Part shown: piece by piece, positions 9,360 through 19,607 of the stretch
Position numbering within the stretch: position 1 is the first letter of the stretch
Layout: every line of letters starts with the position of its first letter
Source of the DNA: an uncultured Methanosarcinales archaeon
GTDB lineage: Archaea; Nanobdellota; Nanobdellia; Woesearchaeales; CAYVYK01
Length of the DNA stretch: 52,277 bases
Assembly: GCA_964455675.1 (NCBI GenBank)
Contig: CAYVYK010000005.1
Location: 62,001 to 114,277 of the forward strand
Direction: 5' to 3'
The notes under the pieces: model-generated
The model's database searches: none
What the model was told of the DNA's origin: nothing
Seen by the model: only the letters and a program-made list of their open reading frames with translations
Program-made: the position numbers and the translations under genes

Positions 9360-10235
9360 ATGAAGCGTGTAATCATCGCAAACTTGATTGATTGGTCAAA
9401 ATCTTTTGTCGATCCTGATGGGACGTTTTATTGCGGGACAACCGTCGAGGAGAAGCGCAATGCTGCACGTATTGTGAGCCTCGCGGATCTCGTGATAAAC
9501 ACGACTGACTTGCATCCCCTGACGGCTCCCGAACACGCGATAAATGGCGGACTATATCCTGTGCATAATGTGGTGCTGCCGCAAACCATCGCATCCGACT
9601 TTGTCTATGCGCGTGCGCCCGACGGAACTCCAGTGCATCTTGGAAATAAAACGCCGAGTCCATGTCTTACAGATGCGCTGCAGAGCGCTGTCGAAGGAAG
9701 GAGTGCTGGCATCATTGTTCCCCGAGGAGTATACTTCCAAGGAAATTCTGGCAAGCCATTCTGTTCTCCGGATGACATTCGCGCAACATTTGGCGAGGAG
9801 ATCGTGAGCGATCAGGATTTTATCAGGGGAGCTATCGACTATGTCATTGCTCCAAAGCAATTTTTTGATGCGACAAGGATTGATAGCGACGCCTCCCTCC
9901 CGGACACGAAAATCCCAAAAGTTCCGGGAAAGAACTACAATGTGTATTCCCTGCTCAAGCAAAGATTTCCAGAGGACCAGTATGAACTCGTCTTCGTGAA
10001 TACTGGGGTAGTCGAGGGAATCTGCAGGCTCCATACATCAATTGGCCTAAAGCAAATGTTTCCTAGGGATCGCGTGATCAATATCGCCGATGCCTCAACT
10101 CCACTGTACGGGATTGGTCTAGGCTACGCCTCTCCGCAGGAATCACGGGATGCATGCATGAGAGTATGCAAGGATATTGGGATCGAATATATGACGACAG
10201 ACGAATGCGTCAAACAGCTCGCGGAGGGAGAATGA
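9360..10235 (+). CDS. Divergent isochorismatase-family cysteine hydrolase, probably a nicotinamidase (PncA-like)
   Basis: ID...F..PDG, TDLH, P.H, K and GVVEGIC..T retain the D-K-C triad; NAD salvage context. Confidence 0.75.
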   Translation: MKRVIIANLIDWSKSFVDPDGTFYCGTTVEEKRNAARIVSLADLVINTTDLHPLTAPEHAINGGLYPVHNVVLPQTIASDFVYARAPDGTPVHLGNKTPSPCLTDALQSAVEGRSAGIIVPRGVYFQGNSGKPFCSPDDIRATFGEEIVSDQDFIRGAIDYVIAPKQFFDATRIDSDASLPDTKIPKVPGKNYNVYSLLKQRFPEDQYELVFVNTGVVEGICRLHTSIGLKQMFPRDRVINIADASTPLYGIGLGYASPQESRDACMRVCKDIGIEYMTTDECVKQLAEGE

Positions 10236-10762
10236 TGCCAAGAGCGATAGTCCGTCCTCTTGATCTTGGGGATCTCGACCACATGATGGAGTGGGTGAAT
10301 GATCGAGAAGTCATTGGCAATTTTGCGAATTTTGCGACTCCTACGTCACGATCCCAGGAGCAGAAGTATCTCGAAAATCTTCTGAAAAGCGAGACGGACA
10401 AAGCTTTTACGATTGAGACCGAACAGGGTGACTATCTTGGGACCGTTGGCATTTATCAAATCCATTGGCCGGCGCGTTCGGGCAGGCTTGGCATCATTAT
10501 TGGCAAACCAGCTTTGCGAGGCAAGGGGTACGGCCAGAGTGCAATCAAGGATGTCCTACGATTGGCATTTGAACAGTATAACCTACATAAGGTTTGGCTC
10601 GTTGTCTTCGAGGAGAACGCGCGCAGTCGCCACGTGTACACCAAATGTGGATTTCGTGAAGAGGGAATCTTGCGGGATGAGTACTTCCATCAGGGAAAGT
10701 ACCACAATATGGTGCGGATGTCCATTCTTGATCGTGAATATTTTGCAGAGGTGAAGATATGA
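10232..10762 (+). CDS. GNAT (RimJ/RimL-type) N-acetyltransferase
   Basis: RGKGYG, LHKVWL.V...N, Y.KCGF.EEG.LR. Confidence 0.9.
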   Translation: MMPRAIVRPLDLGDLDHMMEWVNDREVIGNFANFATPTSRSQEQKYLENLLKSETDKAFTIETEQGDYLGTVGIYQIHWPARSGRLGIIIGKPALRGKGYGQSAIKDVLRLAFEQYNLHKVWLVVFEENARSRHVYTKCGFREEGILRDEYFHQGKYHNMVRMSILDREYFAEVKI

Positions 10763-12762
10763 AAGTCGCACTCGCTCAGATGGAGGTAGTGCCCGGACGA
10801 CCGAGGAAAAACTTGGAGACCATGCTTCGCATGATCGAGCAGGCGAAGCGCGAACATGTGGACCTCATCGCGTTTCCTGAGATGGCTCTCGCAGGGTACC
10901 TTGTGGGTGACGCGTGGTTGAATGATGCGTTCTGCCGCAACCTCATGCGCTGCAATGACGAGATTCTCAAAGCAAGTCATGGCATCGCGGTTGCATACGG
11001 GAATGTTTTTGTCGACGATGGCCAGGGAAAACGAGTCTTTGGTGATGAAAAAACTCCCCATCCGAATAAGGATGGACGGTCCCGCAAGTATAACGCGGTG
11101 TACGTGATGCAGGATGGCAAGATGGTTGCGCGGAGCAGAGAGACATTAATCCTGCCTCCAGGAGTAGAGCCAAAGACGTTGCTACCAAATTACAGATTCT
11201 TCGACGATGAGAGATACTTCTTTTCAACTGAGGATGTAGCGAAAGATTTTGATGTACCTCTTGAGGATCTGTTGCAGCCGTACATGATACGCGTTGGTGA
11301 TCATCATGTTCCCGTGGGGTTTAGCGTCTGTGAGGATCTATGGTGTGCTGACTACCGGAAGTCGGGTAAATCCCTTAATCCAACGAAGATTGTTATTGAT
11401 AATGGCGCGAAGCTCATGGTGAATATCTCGGCGTCTCCTTGGACGTATGGGAAAAATGCGGCGCGCGATCGCAGAATCTTATACATCAAGAGTGATTGTA
11501 AGGGAAAGTTTGTGCCATTCTTGTATGTCAACAAGGTCGGAGTTCAAAATAACGGTAAAAACCTCATTACCTTCGACGGTGGTTCAACAGTCTACAATAC
11601 GGACGGCAGACCCATCATGTTGAGTAGCGAGCCCTTCAAAGAGGAGCTTTTGATGGTTGACCACGGCTCACTTGAGGGGTTGCCTCTAGTTCGGACGGAA
11701 AAGTCCATGATCGCCCAGAAGTATGATGCGATAGTCCGTGGCATCCAGGGAGTGAAGGACACGATGGGAAGAGTTACCGATCCGTGCTATGTCATCGGCC
11801 TCAGCGGCGGTGTTGATAGCGCAGTTGTTGCCGCGTTGCTCGTGCAGGCTGTTGGCAGGAACAAAGTTCTTGGAATCAACATGCCAACGAAATACAATAG
11901 CGAACAGACAAAATCTGCTGCAGCACGTGTTGCAAAGAGGCTGGGAATTGCGTACGAAGTCATCCCTATCGAGGAGATCGTAAGCATAAATGAATCACTC
12001 CTCAATGCGTGTGATGCGGATGGATCAGGGAAGAAATTGAGCTCGCTGAACGAGGAGAACGTGCAGGCCAAGATTCGGGGAACATCAGTTCTGTCGAATA
12101 TCGCCGCAAAGTATGGTGCGCTATTCACAAATAATGGCAACAAGCTTGAGACCGCTCTTGGGTACACAACACTATACGGGGATGTAGGTGGCGCGGTTGC
12201 GCCGATTGCAGACCTCACAAAGGTTGAGGTTTTTGAGCTCGCGCGTTACCTGAACGAGGAAGTGTTCGGGTATGAAGTGATCCCAAGTGATCTCCTTCCT
12301 GACCACCTCTTCCGTTTCCGGGATGATCAGATCCAGCCTTCCGCAGAACTGAGAGATGCGCAAGTCGACCCGATGAAGTTTGGTTATCATGATGCGCTGC
12401 TCGTCGCAATGACTGATTACAAGAAGAAGAGTCCCGAGGATGTCCTTAAGTGGTACCTTGATGGCACGATGGAGGAAAATCTTTCCATTGGCACCGATCT
12501 TATGGAGCGCTGGGGCCTTGTGGATCCAAAGACGTTCGTCGAAGATCTTGAGTGGTTCGTGCGCAGTGTTCAGAACAGCGTGTTCAAGCGCGTCCAATCC
12601 CCTCCCATCATTATCACGAGCAAGTCCTCGTTCGGATATGATATCAGAGAGAGCCTGGTTCCGTGGGAACCTACATTGGAGTTTGATGAGCTTAAAGCTT
12701 GCGTGCTTGCGCACGGCGCGTATGTTCCTCGTGAATATGTCAAAACCGAGGTGCGCGCATGA
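10759..12762 (+). CDS. nadE: Glutamine-dependent NAD+ synthetase
   Basis: Nitrilase domain (FPE, KTLLPNY, VCEDLW) plus GLSGGVDS, NVQAKIRG, GYTTLYGD and PSAEL. Confidence 0.96.
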   Translation: MKVALAQMEVVPGRPRKNLETMLRMIEQAKREHVDLIAFPEMALAGYLVGDAWLNDAFCRNLMRCNDEILKASHGIAVAYGNVFVDDGQGKRVFGDEKTPHPNKDGRSRKYNAVYVMQDGKMVARSRETLILPPGVEPKTLLPNYRFFDDERYFFSTEDVAKDFDVPLEDLLQPYMIRVGDHHVPVGFSVCEDLWCADYRKSGKSLNPTKIVIDNGAKLMVNISASPWTYGKNAARDRRILYIKSDCKGKFVPFLYVNKVGVQNNGKNLITFDGGSTVYNTDGRPIMLSSEPFKEELLMVDHGSLEGLPLVRTEKSMIAQKYDAIVRGIQGVKDTMGRVTDPCYVIGLSGGVDSAVVAALLVQAVGRNKVLGINMPTKYNSEQTKSAAARVAKRLGIAYEVIPIEEIVSINESLLNACDADGSGKKLSSLNEENVQAKIRGTSVLSNIAAKYGALFTNNGNKLETALGYTTLYGDVGGAVAPIADLTKVEVFELARYLNEEVFGYEVIPSDLLPDHLFRFRDDQIQPSAELRDAQVDPMKFGYHDALLVAMTDYKKKSPEDVLKWYLDGTMEENLSIGTDLMERWGLVDPKTFVEDLEWFVRSVQNSVFKRVQSPPIIITSKSSFGYDIRESLVPWEPTLEFDELKACVLAHGAYVPREYVKTEVRA

Positions 12763-12834
12763 GGATGCTTGTGCGTGACAGTCTTTTTTTCATCCATTTT
12801 TATGAATTAATGTATGAATCACTCAATGAAAGAC

Positions 12835-12855
12835 TTAGTGTAAAAAGTACAGGAT
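12835..12855 (+). promoter_or_regulatory. NrtR-type operator upstream of the second transcription unit
   Basis: TTAGTGT-aaaaagt-ACAGGAT. Confidence 0.6.
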
Positions 12856-12866
12856 GGTGAAAGAAC

Positions 12867-13316
12867 ATGGAGAGGAATCTCAAACCATACGGATGGCCGA
12901 TACCGACGACGGATATCATTATTGAGTACGAACAGCAGGGTAAGGCGGGGATAGTGCTCATTACAAGGAAGAATCCGCCTTACGGCATTGCGATTCCAGG
13001 TGGCGTTGCCGAGCTTGGGCTCACGCTTGAGGAGAACGCAGAGAAGGAAGCTCGCGAAGAAACCGGCCTTGTTGTCAGACTGAAAAATCCACAGCGGCCT
13101 TATGTGTACTCTTCCCCCACGCGCGACCCGCGCCATCATATGATCAGCAACACGTACATCGCCGTGGGGTCTGGTACCCTCTGCGCGGGAGATGACGCGG
13201 CCTCTGCAAATCTGTACACGCCTGAGGAGGTCCGAAGCCTTCTTGGTAAAGGCCTCTTTGCATTCGATCATGAGGATATTCTTCGTGATTACCTATCGAG
13301 AGGTGACGCGAGATGA
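12867..13316 (+). CDS. Nudix hydrolase (ADP-ribose pyrophosphatase-like)
   Basis: Nudix box, RDPR, AGDDA, FAFDH. Confidence 0.88.
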   Translation: MERNLKPYGWPIPTTDIIIEYEQQGKAGIVLITRKNPPYGIAIPGGVAELGLTLEENAEKEAREETGLVVRLKNPQRPYVYSSPTRDPRHHMISNTYIAVGSGTLCAGDDAASANLYTPEEVRSLLGKGLFAFDHEDILRDYLSRGDAR

Positions 13317-13924
13317 GCCTTGGGAGATGTGGGGTCGTCGGCAGATTCAAACCGCTGCATCTTGGCGGAGCTCGTATGCTCGATGCTGTCTGTGCGCAGG
13401 CAGATCATGTCATTATAGGGGTCGGGAGCTCCAACAAGTATAACCTTCGTAATCCCTTTACAGCAGATGAGTCTGAGGGTATGATCCGCGCATACTTATC
13501 TCCGAGATTTGCCAACTACTCCTTCATTCACATTCCTGACTATGGGCACATTCCAGAGTATCGCGATGGCCAGCGTTGGAAACGGCATGTTATCGAGGGG
13601 TATGGCAGCCTTGATTGTTTTGTCTCGGGTAACGCTTACGTGTCTGATCTCTTGCAGGATTCTTACCCCATCATCGATTCCCCATCTCTCATTCCGCGGG
13701 ATCAGTGGATCCGCTTGAAAGCGTCGGCAGTCCGAGTCGCGATGGCAAAAGGTGACGAGTGGAGGGGAATGGTTCCTCGCGAGGTTGCGGAGTATCTGGA
13801 TGATCATGCGCTTGTCGAGCGTTTCCGTCGAGAATTTGGTCTGGAGACTCTAGCTTCGAGCGTAGCAGATCCTTCACGCCCTGAATCCTTGCGCATGGAA
13901 CGTGATCACACGTATGAAAGGTGA
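13313..13924 (+). CDS. NadM-like nicotinamide-nucleotide adenylyltransferase
   Basis: GRFKPLHLG, IGVGS, RNPFT, ASAVR...W..MVP; the HxGH motif appears as HLGG. Confidence 0.8.
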   Translation: MSLGRCGVVGRFKPLHLGGARMLDAVCAQADHVIIGVGSSNKYNLRNPFTADESEGMIRAYLSPRFANYSFIHIPDYGHIPEYRDGQRWKRHVIEGYGSLDCFVSGNAYVSDLLQDSYPIIDSPSLIPRDQWIRLKASAVRVAMAKGDEWRGMVPREVAEYLDDHALVERFRREFGLETLASSVADPSRPESLRMERDHTYER

Positions 13925-13928
13925 AACG

Positions 13929-14690
13929 ATGCGAATAGGAAACTATGATATCGTACGGCAGATCGGTGAGGGTGGCTTTGGTCGGACGTACGAAGCACGC
14001 CACATCCTACTTGGGACGAGAGCCTGCATCAAGCAGAATTCGAACATAACGGACGACGACGCGAAACTCTTGATGGACGAGGCGCGGGTCCTTTGGGACG
14101 TGCATCACCACTCCCTTCCCTCAATGCATGATTTCTATCGCGCTCCTGACGGAAGCTACATCATGGTCATGAGTTTTGTGGAAGGCAAGAACCTTGAGGA
14201 TATCGTGAAGAAGCATAAGGCAATTCATCCTGAGGATGTATCATGGGTAACGCAGCGCCTCCTCAATGCGCTCCACTATCTTCATGCATCTGGTGTGATT
14301 CACGGTGACGTGAAGCCTCCAAACGTGATTGTTCAGCCGCGTGTGCATAACGCGGTGCTTGTGGATTATGGCCTTGCCTCCGTCCGTCCGCGGAGCACGA
14401 CTAAGCCCATGGGTTACACAGCGATGTTTGCGGCTCCCGAGATACTCGACGGAAAACCTCCAATTCCTGAGTCTGATCTGTATTCGCTAGGCTTGACGAT
14501 GGTCTACACGCTTGGCGGCGATGTGGTTTCTAAAATAATGCCCGAAACGGTTCCTGCGCCCTTGCAGGAATTCTTTGCGGAACTCACTCGTTACAATCCT
14601 CTCGATCGTCCAAACTGGGACAAGTGCGATCTTGTTGCGAGGTTATCGGATATTCGCCAGGACGTGTTTGGGAGGAGGAGCACGAAATGA
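13929..14690 (+). CDS. Hanks-type Ser/Thr protein kinase (kinase domain only)
   Basis: GEGGFG, HGDVKPPN, DYG, APE, SDLYSLG. Confidence 0.93.
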   Translation: MRIGNYDIVRQIGEGGFGRTYEARHILLGTRACIKQNSNITDDDAKLLMDEARVLWDVHHHSLPSMHDFYRAPDGSYIMVMSFVEGKNLEDIVKKHKAIHPEDVSWVTQRLLNALHYLHASGVIHGDVKPPNVIVQPRVHNAVLVDYGLASVRPRSTTKPMGYTAMFAAPEILDGKPPIPESDLYSLGLTMVYTLGGDVVSKIMPETVPAPLQEFFAELTRYNPLDRPNWDKCDLVARLSDIRQDVFGRRSTK

Positions 14691-14755
14691 TGGAAGGATG
14701 ATGGTTGATAGGTGATTGTTCAGCAACGACATGAAGATGGTTGGAGGTGAAGACC

Positions 14756-15730
14756 ATGTACAGTTGGGGAGATGATACAAAAGAGTGGAAGAATCCTGGA
14801 GCGTTCAAGTATGATGACGCAAAGAAGGGTTATTTAGAAAAACTAGCCGCAGAGGCGACGGAAAAAGGGCCGAGAACCTACCTTACGAAGAAACAACCGA
14901 ACATGAAGATCGTTGATCCGCTCGGTAAGGATATCAGCACGGATAGTAAGAATCCTGTGATTGTTGCAGTGGATGGCACAGGTTCGATGCAGCAGTGGCC
15001 TGCAGGCATTTTTGACCGTTTGCCCTTGCTCTATCAAACGCTCTCGCAATGGCGGGATGATGTTGAGCTTTCGTTTGCGGTTATTGGGGATGCGAACGGC
15101 CCCGATAAGTGGCCTGTGCAAATGACCCCGTTTGGCAAAGGCGTTGTGCTCGATGATTATCTGAAGGCCTTGCATGCGGAGGGTAAAGGTGGCCCCGGAA
15201 TCCGTGAAAGCTATGAGCTCTGGGCGTACTTTGTTAAGGAACATGTGAGGACGCCGAACGCAAAAGCCCCATTCTTGTTTGTTATGGGTGACGAGATGTT
15301 CTACAACCAGGTGAATCCTGAACAAGTGCAGCAGCATTTCGGTGGTGGCCTGCAGGAACCTGTAAGTTCGGTGGATGTCTGGAAATCCCTTGCAGAGCAT
15401 TATGACATTCGCTTCCTGCGAAAGTCCTATGACGGCCATGATGCAAGAATCAGGGATCAATGGGGTTCTGCCATTGGTGTTGATCATATCGTCGACGTTC
15501 CGACGCCCCAGGACATGAACGATCTGCGTATCGTTGATATCGCGATGGGCATTGTGGCGAAGGACTGGGGGAAATTCTCTCAATACCAGAAGAGCCTTGC
15601 TGCGCGTCAGGATGGCAAGAGTATCAAGACCGTGATGGACTCATTGCGTGCTGCATCAGTTGCAGGGACGATGAAATCGACATATGCGGGAAAGGAAGGA
15701 CCAAAGAGCGAAAGCCTAACGGAGGTGTGA
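14756..15730 (+). CDS. vWA-domain protein
   Basis: MIDAS-like VDGTGSM, IGD, ESYEL, FVMGDE. Confidence 0.75.
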   Translation: MYSWGDDTKEWKNPGAFKYDDAKKGYLEKLAAEATEKGPRTYLTKKQPNMKIVDPLGKDISTDSKNPVIVAVDGTGSMQQWPAGIFDRLPLLYQTLSQWRDDVELSFAVIGDANGPDKWPVQMTPFGKGVVLDDYLKALHAEGKGGPGIRESYELWAYFVKEHVRTPNAKAPFLFVMGDEMFYNQVNPEQVQQHFGGGLQEPVSSVDVWKSLAEHYDIRFLRKSYDGHDARIRDQWGSAIGVDHIVDVPTPQDMNDLRIVDIAMGIVAKDWGKFSQYQKSLAARQDGKSIKTVMDSLRAASVAGTMKSTYAGKEGPKSESLTEV

Positions 15731-16605
15731 GTATGGGGATGTCAAAAGCGTACAAGAGCAGTGGCGCGGTGTTTGAGCAGGTAAGCATGCGCTATCAACC
15801 GCAGCTACTCGAGCGTCTGCGGGCGGTGGGTGGTAAGGATATCGTCGTCGTGCAGGGAACCTATGACCACATGGAAAAATTGCTCGACACAATCAGGGTT
15901 CCCTATACCTTGATCGGTTCTGAAGATGTTGCTGGCCATAATGGAGGACGTGTGATGTTCGTGAACTGCAAAGCGTATGACACGGGCGCGCCTGTTGCCG
16001 CTGTTAAGGGATTTGTCGAGGCTGGCGGTCGCCTGGTAACAACAGACTGGGCTCTAGGATTGACCGCGAAGGCGTTTCCCCATCGGTTGGCGAAGGTGGG
16101 ACAGACGCCGGACGACGTGATCGAGATCCAGTGCCATTCGGATCTTGCACGACGTTTTGTGGGAATGAATTATGCGCAGTGTTCGCCAAAGTGGTGGCTT
16201 GAAGGTAGTAGCCACGTGTACACCATAAAGGACGGCGTGACTCCGATCATTCTCTCGGAGGAAATGAAGGAAAAGTATGGATCGCCGTATGTGGCGGTTG
16301 GTTTTCCTGCAGGCCGTGGCGAGGTGTTTCACTTCATCAGCCATCTGGAATTGCAGCGCACGCATCTTCGTAGCAAAGCTGACAAGGGAAGCCTTGATGA
16401 TTACCTAGCAAAGATGAAGATCGAGCGCACGGATGAGATGGAGGACGCGCACGTTGCGGAATTGGAGGCTGCGTTTAGCACACTGAACACGCTCGCGTAC
16501 TTGTGCCTGCCAACGCCTCTGCTTAACCAGGGCATGAATAGCGTGACAATGGACGTGCATGCGGCAGATCCATCAAAAACCATGAAGAGTGTGAAGCTCG
16601 CATGA
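15727..16605 (+). CDS. Hypothetical protein, class I glutamine amidotransferase-like fold
   Basis: FVNC...FVEAGGRLVTTDWA and G.VFHF.SH pattern; translationally coupled. Confidence 0.55.
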   Translation: MSMGMSKAYKSSGAVFEQVSMRYQPQLLERLRAVGGKDIVVVQGTYDHMEKLLDTIRVPYTLIGSEDVAGHNGGRVMFVNCKAYDTGAPVAAVKGFVEAGGRLVTTDWALGLTAKAFPHRLAKVGQTPDDVIEIQCHSDLARRFVGMNYAQCSPKWWLEGSSHVYTIKDGVTPIILSEEMKEKYGSPYVAVGFPAGRGEVFHFISHLELQRTHLRSKADKGSLDDYLAKMKIERTDEMEDAHVAELEAAFSTLNTLAYLCLPTPLLNQGMNSVTMDVHAADPSKTMKSVKLA

Positions 16606-17498
16606 GCGGCGCAATCGTGACCATCCCGCCATACGCTCCGTTTATCCGAGAGGTCGCCCTTCATCCGATGGTTACGGGACTGCGCTTGAACACGGTTATG
16701 CCGACGAAGGGCGGCCTTGAGGATCTTTTACGGCGGCTCAAGCATGATACCTTGGACAAGGATCTCTGGATTGATTTAAAATGCCGTCAGCTTCGGGTGA
16801 AAACGTTTGGGGTTCCTCCGTTCACTGAAATTGAGCTTACGCATAGGATTACTGTTGAAACACCGGTGACCGCGTACTTTAGCGATGGCCGAGAATACGC
16901 GACCGTTCTTGAAGTGGATGGCAACCGCTTGATCATGCAGGAAGGCCCAGGTCGTGTCGTTGGTCCTGGTGAGGCGGTGAATATTCCCCACCCTTCACTC
17001 AGGGTTGAGGGGTATCTCACTGACCTTGACAAGGCATACCTTGAGGCGGGGCAAAAGGTCGGCATCAGGAATTACATGCTCTCATTCGTCGAGAGCCCGT
17101 ATGATGTCCAAAGCGTGCAGAACTTGTGTAGTGACGCAAATCTTGTAGCCAAGATTGAGTCTCGTCATGGACTTGCCTACGTTGCTCATCAGTGGAAAGG
17201 GGAAGCTAGGCTCATGGCCGCGCGAGGCGATCTTTACGTCGAGGTCGGCATGCCCCATGAGATCATCCCAGCCATGGAAAGTATCATCGGGAAGGATAAG
17301 AATGCCATTGCTGCGTCGAGAATTCTTACGAGCCTATCTCGTTCTCCCGAGCCCTCATCTCCTGACATCAGCGATGTGGATAGCCTCATGCGAATGGGCT
17401 ATCGAACGCTCATGCTCGGTGATGATGTCTGCATGCGTAGGGAATCGGTCATCAGCGCGCTGAATGTACTGGACGCGATGTGTGGGAGGTATGTCTGA
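16602..17498 (+). CDS. Pyruvate-kinase-like protein (barrel and B domain only, 298 aa)
   Basis: LRLN, DLKCRQLR, SFVES, AKIES and MAARGDL; no C-terminal alpha/beta domain. Confidence 0.85.
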   Translation: MSGAIVTIPPYAPFIREVALHPMVTGLRLNTVMPTKGGLEDLLRRLKHDTLDKDLWIDLKCRQLRVKTFGVPPFTEIELTHRITVETPVTAYFSDGREYATVLEVDGNRLIMQEGPGRVVGPGEAVNIPHPSLRVEGYLTDLDKAYLEAGQKVGIRNYMLSFVESPYDVQSVQNLCSDANLVAKIESRHGLAYVAHQWKGEARLMAARGDLYVEVGMPHEIIPAMESIIGKDKNAIAASRILTSLSRSPEPSSPDISDVDSLMRMGYRTLMLGDDVCMRRESVISALNVLDAMCGRYV

Positions 17499-17500
17499 TG

Positions 17501-17878
17501 TTAAGAAACGTAGCGGTGCGCTTCGGCAATTTTGTCAGTGATATCTCCCCTCCATCCGACCATAACCGCTGGTCTATGGCCTTCTCTGACGAGGTATGGA
17601 ATAACGCGAGCGGGAATCGAGTCGCCTTCCGGGCAAAAAACGACGGTCGGGATGCTGTGTTCGTCATGCAGTCGAAGGACCGCATCGAGGTACAGGCCAT
17701 TTCGGACAACGATAAGGTCTGTGTCGCAGGGATTAAGGCTGATGAATGCAAGCGCTTCAGCTGCCCTTCCTCTTCCTGGATTGAATACTCTCGGATAATG
17801 CTCGCGCACAGCGTCAACAAGCGGCTTGTTACCATAGATCGCAGAATCCACGACAACTGCCCATTTATCAGTATTCAT
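17501..17878 (-). CDS. Hypothetical protein, possibly a degenerate CheY-like receiver
   Basis: AVVVD, DLIVV and IPTVVF strand pattern; fills the intergenic space. Confidence 0.45.
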   Translation of the reverse strand: MNTDKWAVVVDSAIYGNKPLVDAVREHYPRVFNPGRGRAAEALAFISLNPCDTDLIVVRNGLYLDAVLRLHDEHSIPTVVFCPEGDSIPARVIPYLVREGHRPAVMVGWRGDITDKIAEAHRYVS

Positions 17879-17943
17879 GGACTGATAGGGTTCAATTCAC
17901 ATTTAAAAAACCGTATGGTCCCTAATCCTCGGAGGCAGCCTGC

Positions 17944-18759
17944 ATGAGATACCTGCTTGATACTGATATTGGCTCAGATATTGATGACGCTCTCGCACTG
18001 CTCTATGCAGCATCGCAAGGGCTCCAATTTGATCTGATTACGACGGTGCATGGTGATACTGCGTGCCGTGCGCGTATTGCACGGAAGCTGTGCGATCTGG
18101 TTCGCTATGATGCGCCTGTTGTCGCAGGAGAAAGTGTGCCTCTGCGGCAGACGCATATCTACGCAACAGGGCTTGAGGGTAAAGGTTTTGTCAATGCAAG
18201 GACTCGCGTGCCAACTCATGGAGTTGATGCCCTCATAGAAGAAATCATGGCAAACAAGCATGATGTTACCATCGCCGCTATCGGTCCATTGACGAATCTT
18301 GCTCGCGTCTTTGAGCGGCATCCAAAGATTGCATCCTACATTTCTGGTATTTATATGATGGGGAATGCCATTCTCACACCAAAAACCTATTATGTGAATT
18401 ACCGTTCGCACAATTTCAAAGTAGATCCTGAAGCTGTTGATATCGTGATGGGTGCTGATGTGCCAAAGACGATTATTACTACGGAAGTCGCAAAGAAATC
18501 CGCGCTCTCGAGGGCGGTTATCCAAGCACTTGGCAGGAAGCACAACCCTGCATTCAAGTATGTGCGTAATGCTGGTATCGCGTGGATGGATTTCATCAAG
18601 TATTCAGACTGCTATCTGTATGATCCTCTCGTCGTGCACCATCTTATGGATGATGCGATAACAGCGAAGAAAACGTACGGGAATGTGCGTATAACCACAG
18701 GCGTCGATCCTGGATTTGCCGAGCATGTTGCGGGTGCGCTCAAGGGGTGGATCACATGA
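17944..18759 (+). CDS. Inosine/uridine-preferring nucleoside hydrolase
   Basis: DTDIGSDIDDALA, IGPLTNLA, N...DPEA, YDP. Confidence 0.92.
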   Translation: MRYLLDTDIGSDIDDALALLYAASQGLQFDLITTVHGDTACRARIARKLCDLVRYDAPVVAGESVPLRQTHIYATGLEGKGFVNARTRVPTHGVDALIEEIMANKHDVTIAAIGPLTNLARVFERHPKIASYISGIYMMGNAILTPKTYYVNYRSHNFKVDPEAVDIVMGADVPKTIITTEVAKKSALSRAVIQALGRKHNPAFKYVRNAGIAWMDFIKYSDCYLYDPLVVHHLMDDAITAKKTYGNVRITTGVDPGFAEHVAGALKGWIT

Positions 18760-19607
18760 AGAATGTCCTCGTTGTTTTCAAGAAAAGCGCGTATGAGTTA
18801 TACATGAATTCGCCGGATGAGGAGGTTCAGGAATTCATGCGCACAAAGGAGCAGGATGTTGCGTCCATGAAGCGTAGCCATGATGAGCAGAAGCGAACGC
18901 TCGATGTCGTGACGAATGAGTTAATGCGTACTGGTGTGCACGTTGATACGATCTATCGGGCGGATCTGTCGCCCATCCTTGATCGCGATCTCGTTGTATC
19001 CGTTGGTGGAGACGGGACCTTCCTTGAGGTGGCTCATTATGTTGATACCGTTCCGATTCTTGGAGTCAATTCTAGTCCTGGGAGCAGCGTGGGGTTCTAT
19101 TGTTGTTCAAACGCTGATACCTTTTCAAGGGTATTGGATTCGTTTGGTGACATGCCGCGCACACATGCAGAGCGACTCGCGCTCCGTATAGACGGTAAAA
19201 TCGTTCCAGAACTTGTGCTCAATGATGTGCTCTATGCCCATCCAAATCCTGCAGCGATGTCCCGCTATCAGCTGAGAATTGATGATGCTCCGCAGGTTCA
19301 GTTGCGGGACAGCGGGCTTCTTGTTTGCACCGCGGTTGGTTCTTCCGCGTGGATGTATAATGAGGGAGGGGAAGAAATGCCCATTGAATCCGAGCTTCTT
19401 CAGTATCGTCAGCGTGGAATGAGAAGTCCCCTGCACGGATACGCCTCCGCGCTTGATCTGAGATCCATCACACGCGAAGGTAGACTGTATATTGATGGTC
19501 AGCATCTCACGTATGCTCTTGGTCTTGGATCCACCGTTTCATTTCGCAGAGGAAAACCTCTGACGATCATCGGAGATATTGCAGAGAAAAGATCTCATAA
19601 TTCCTGA
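18756..19607 (+). CDS. nadK: NAD kinase
   Basis: GGDGTFL, LGVN, LND, GLLVCTAVGSSAW. Confidence 0.9.
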   Translation: MKNVLVVFKKSAYELYMNSPDEEVQEFMRTKEQDVASMKRSHDEQKRTLDVVTNELMRTGVHVDTIYRADLSPILDRDLVVSVGGDGTFLEVAHYVDTVPILGVNSSPGSSVGFYCCSNADTFSRVLDSFGDMPRTHAERLALRIDGKIVPELVLNDVLYAHPNPAAMSRYQLRIDDAPQVQLRDSGLLVCTAVGSSAWMYNEGGEEMPIESELLQYRQRGMRSPLHGYASALDLRSITREGRLYIDGQHLTYALGLGSTVSFRRGKPLTIIGDIAEKRSHNS

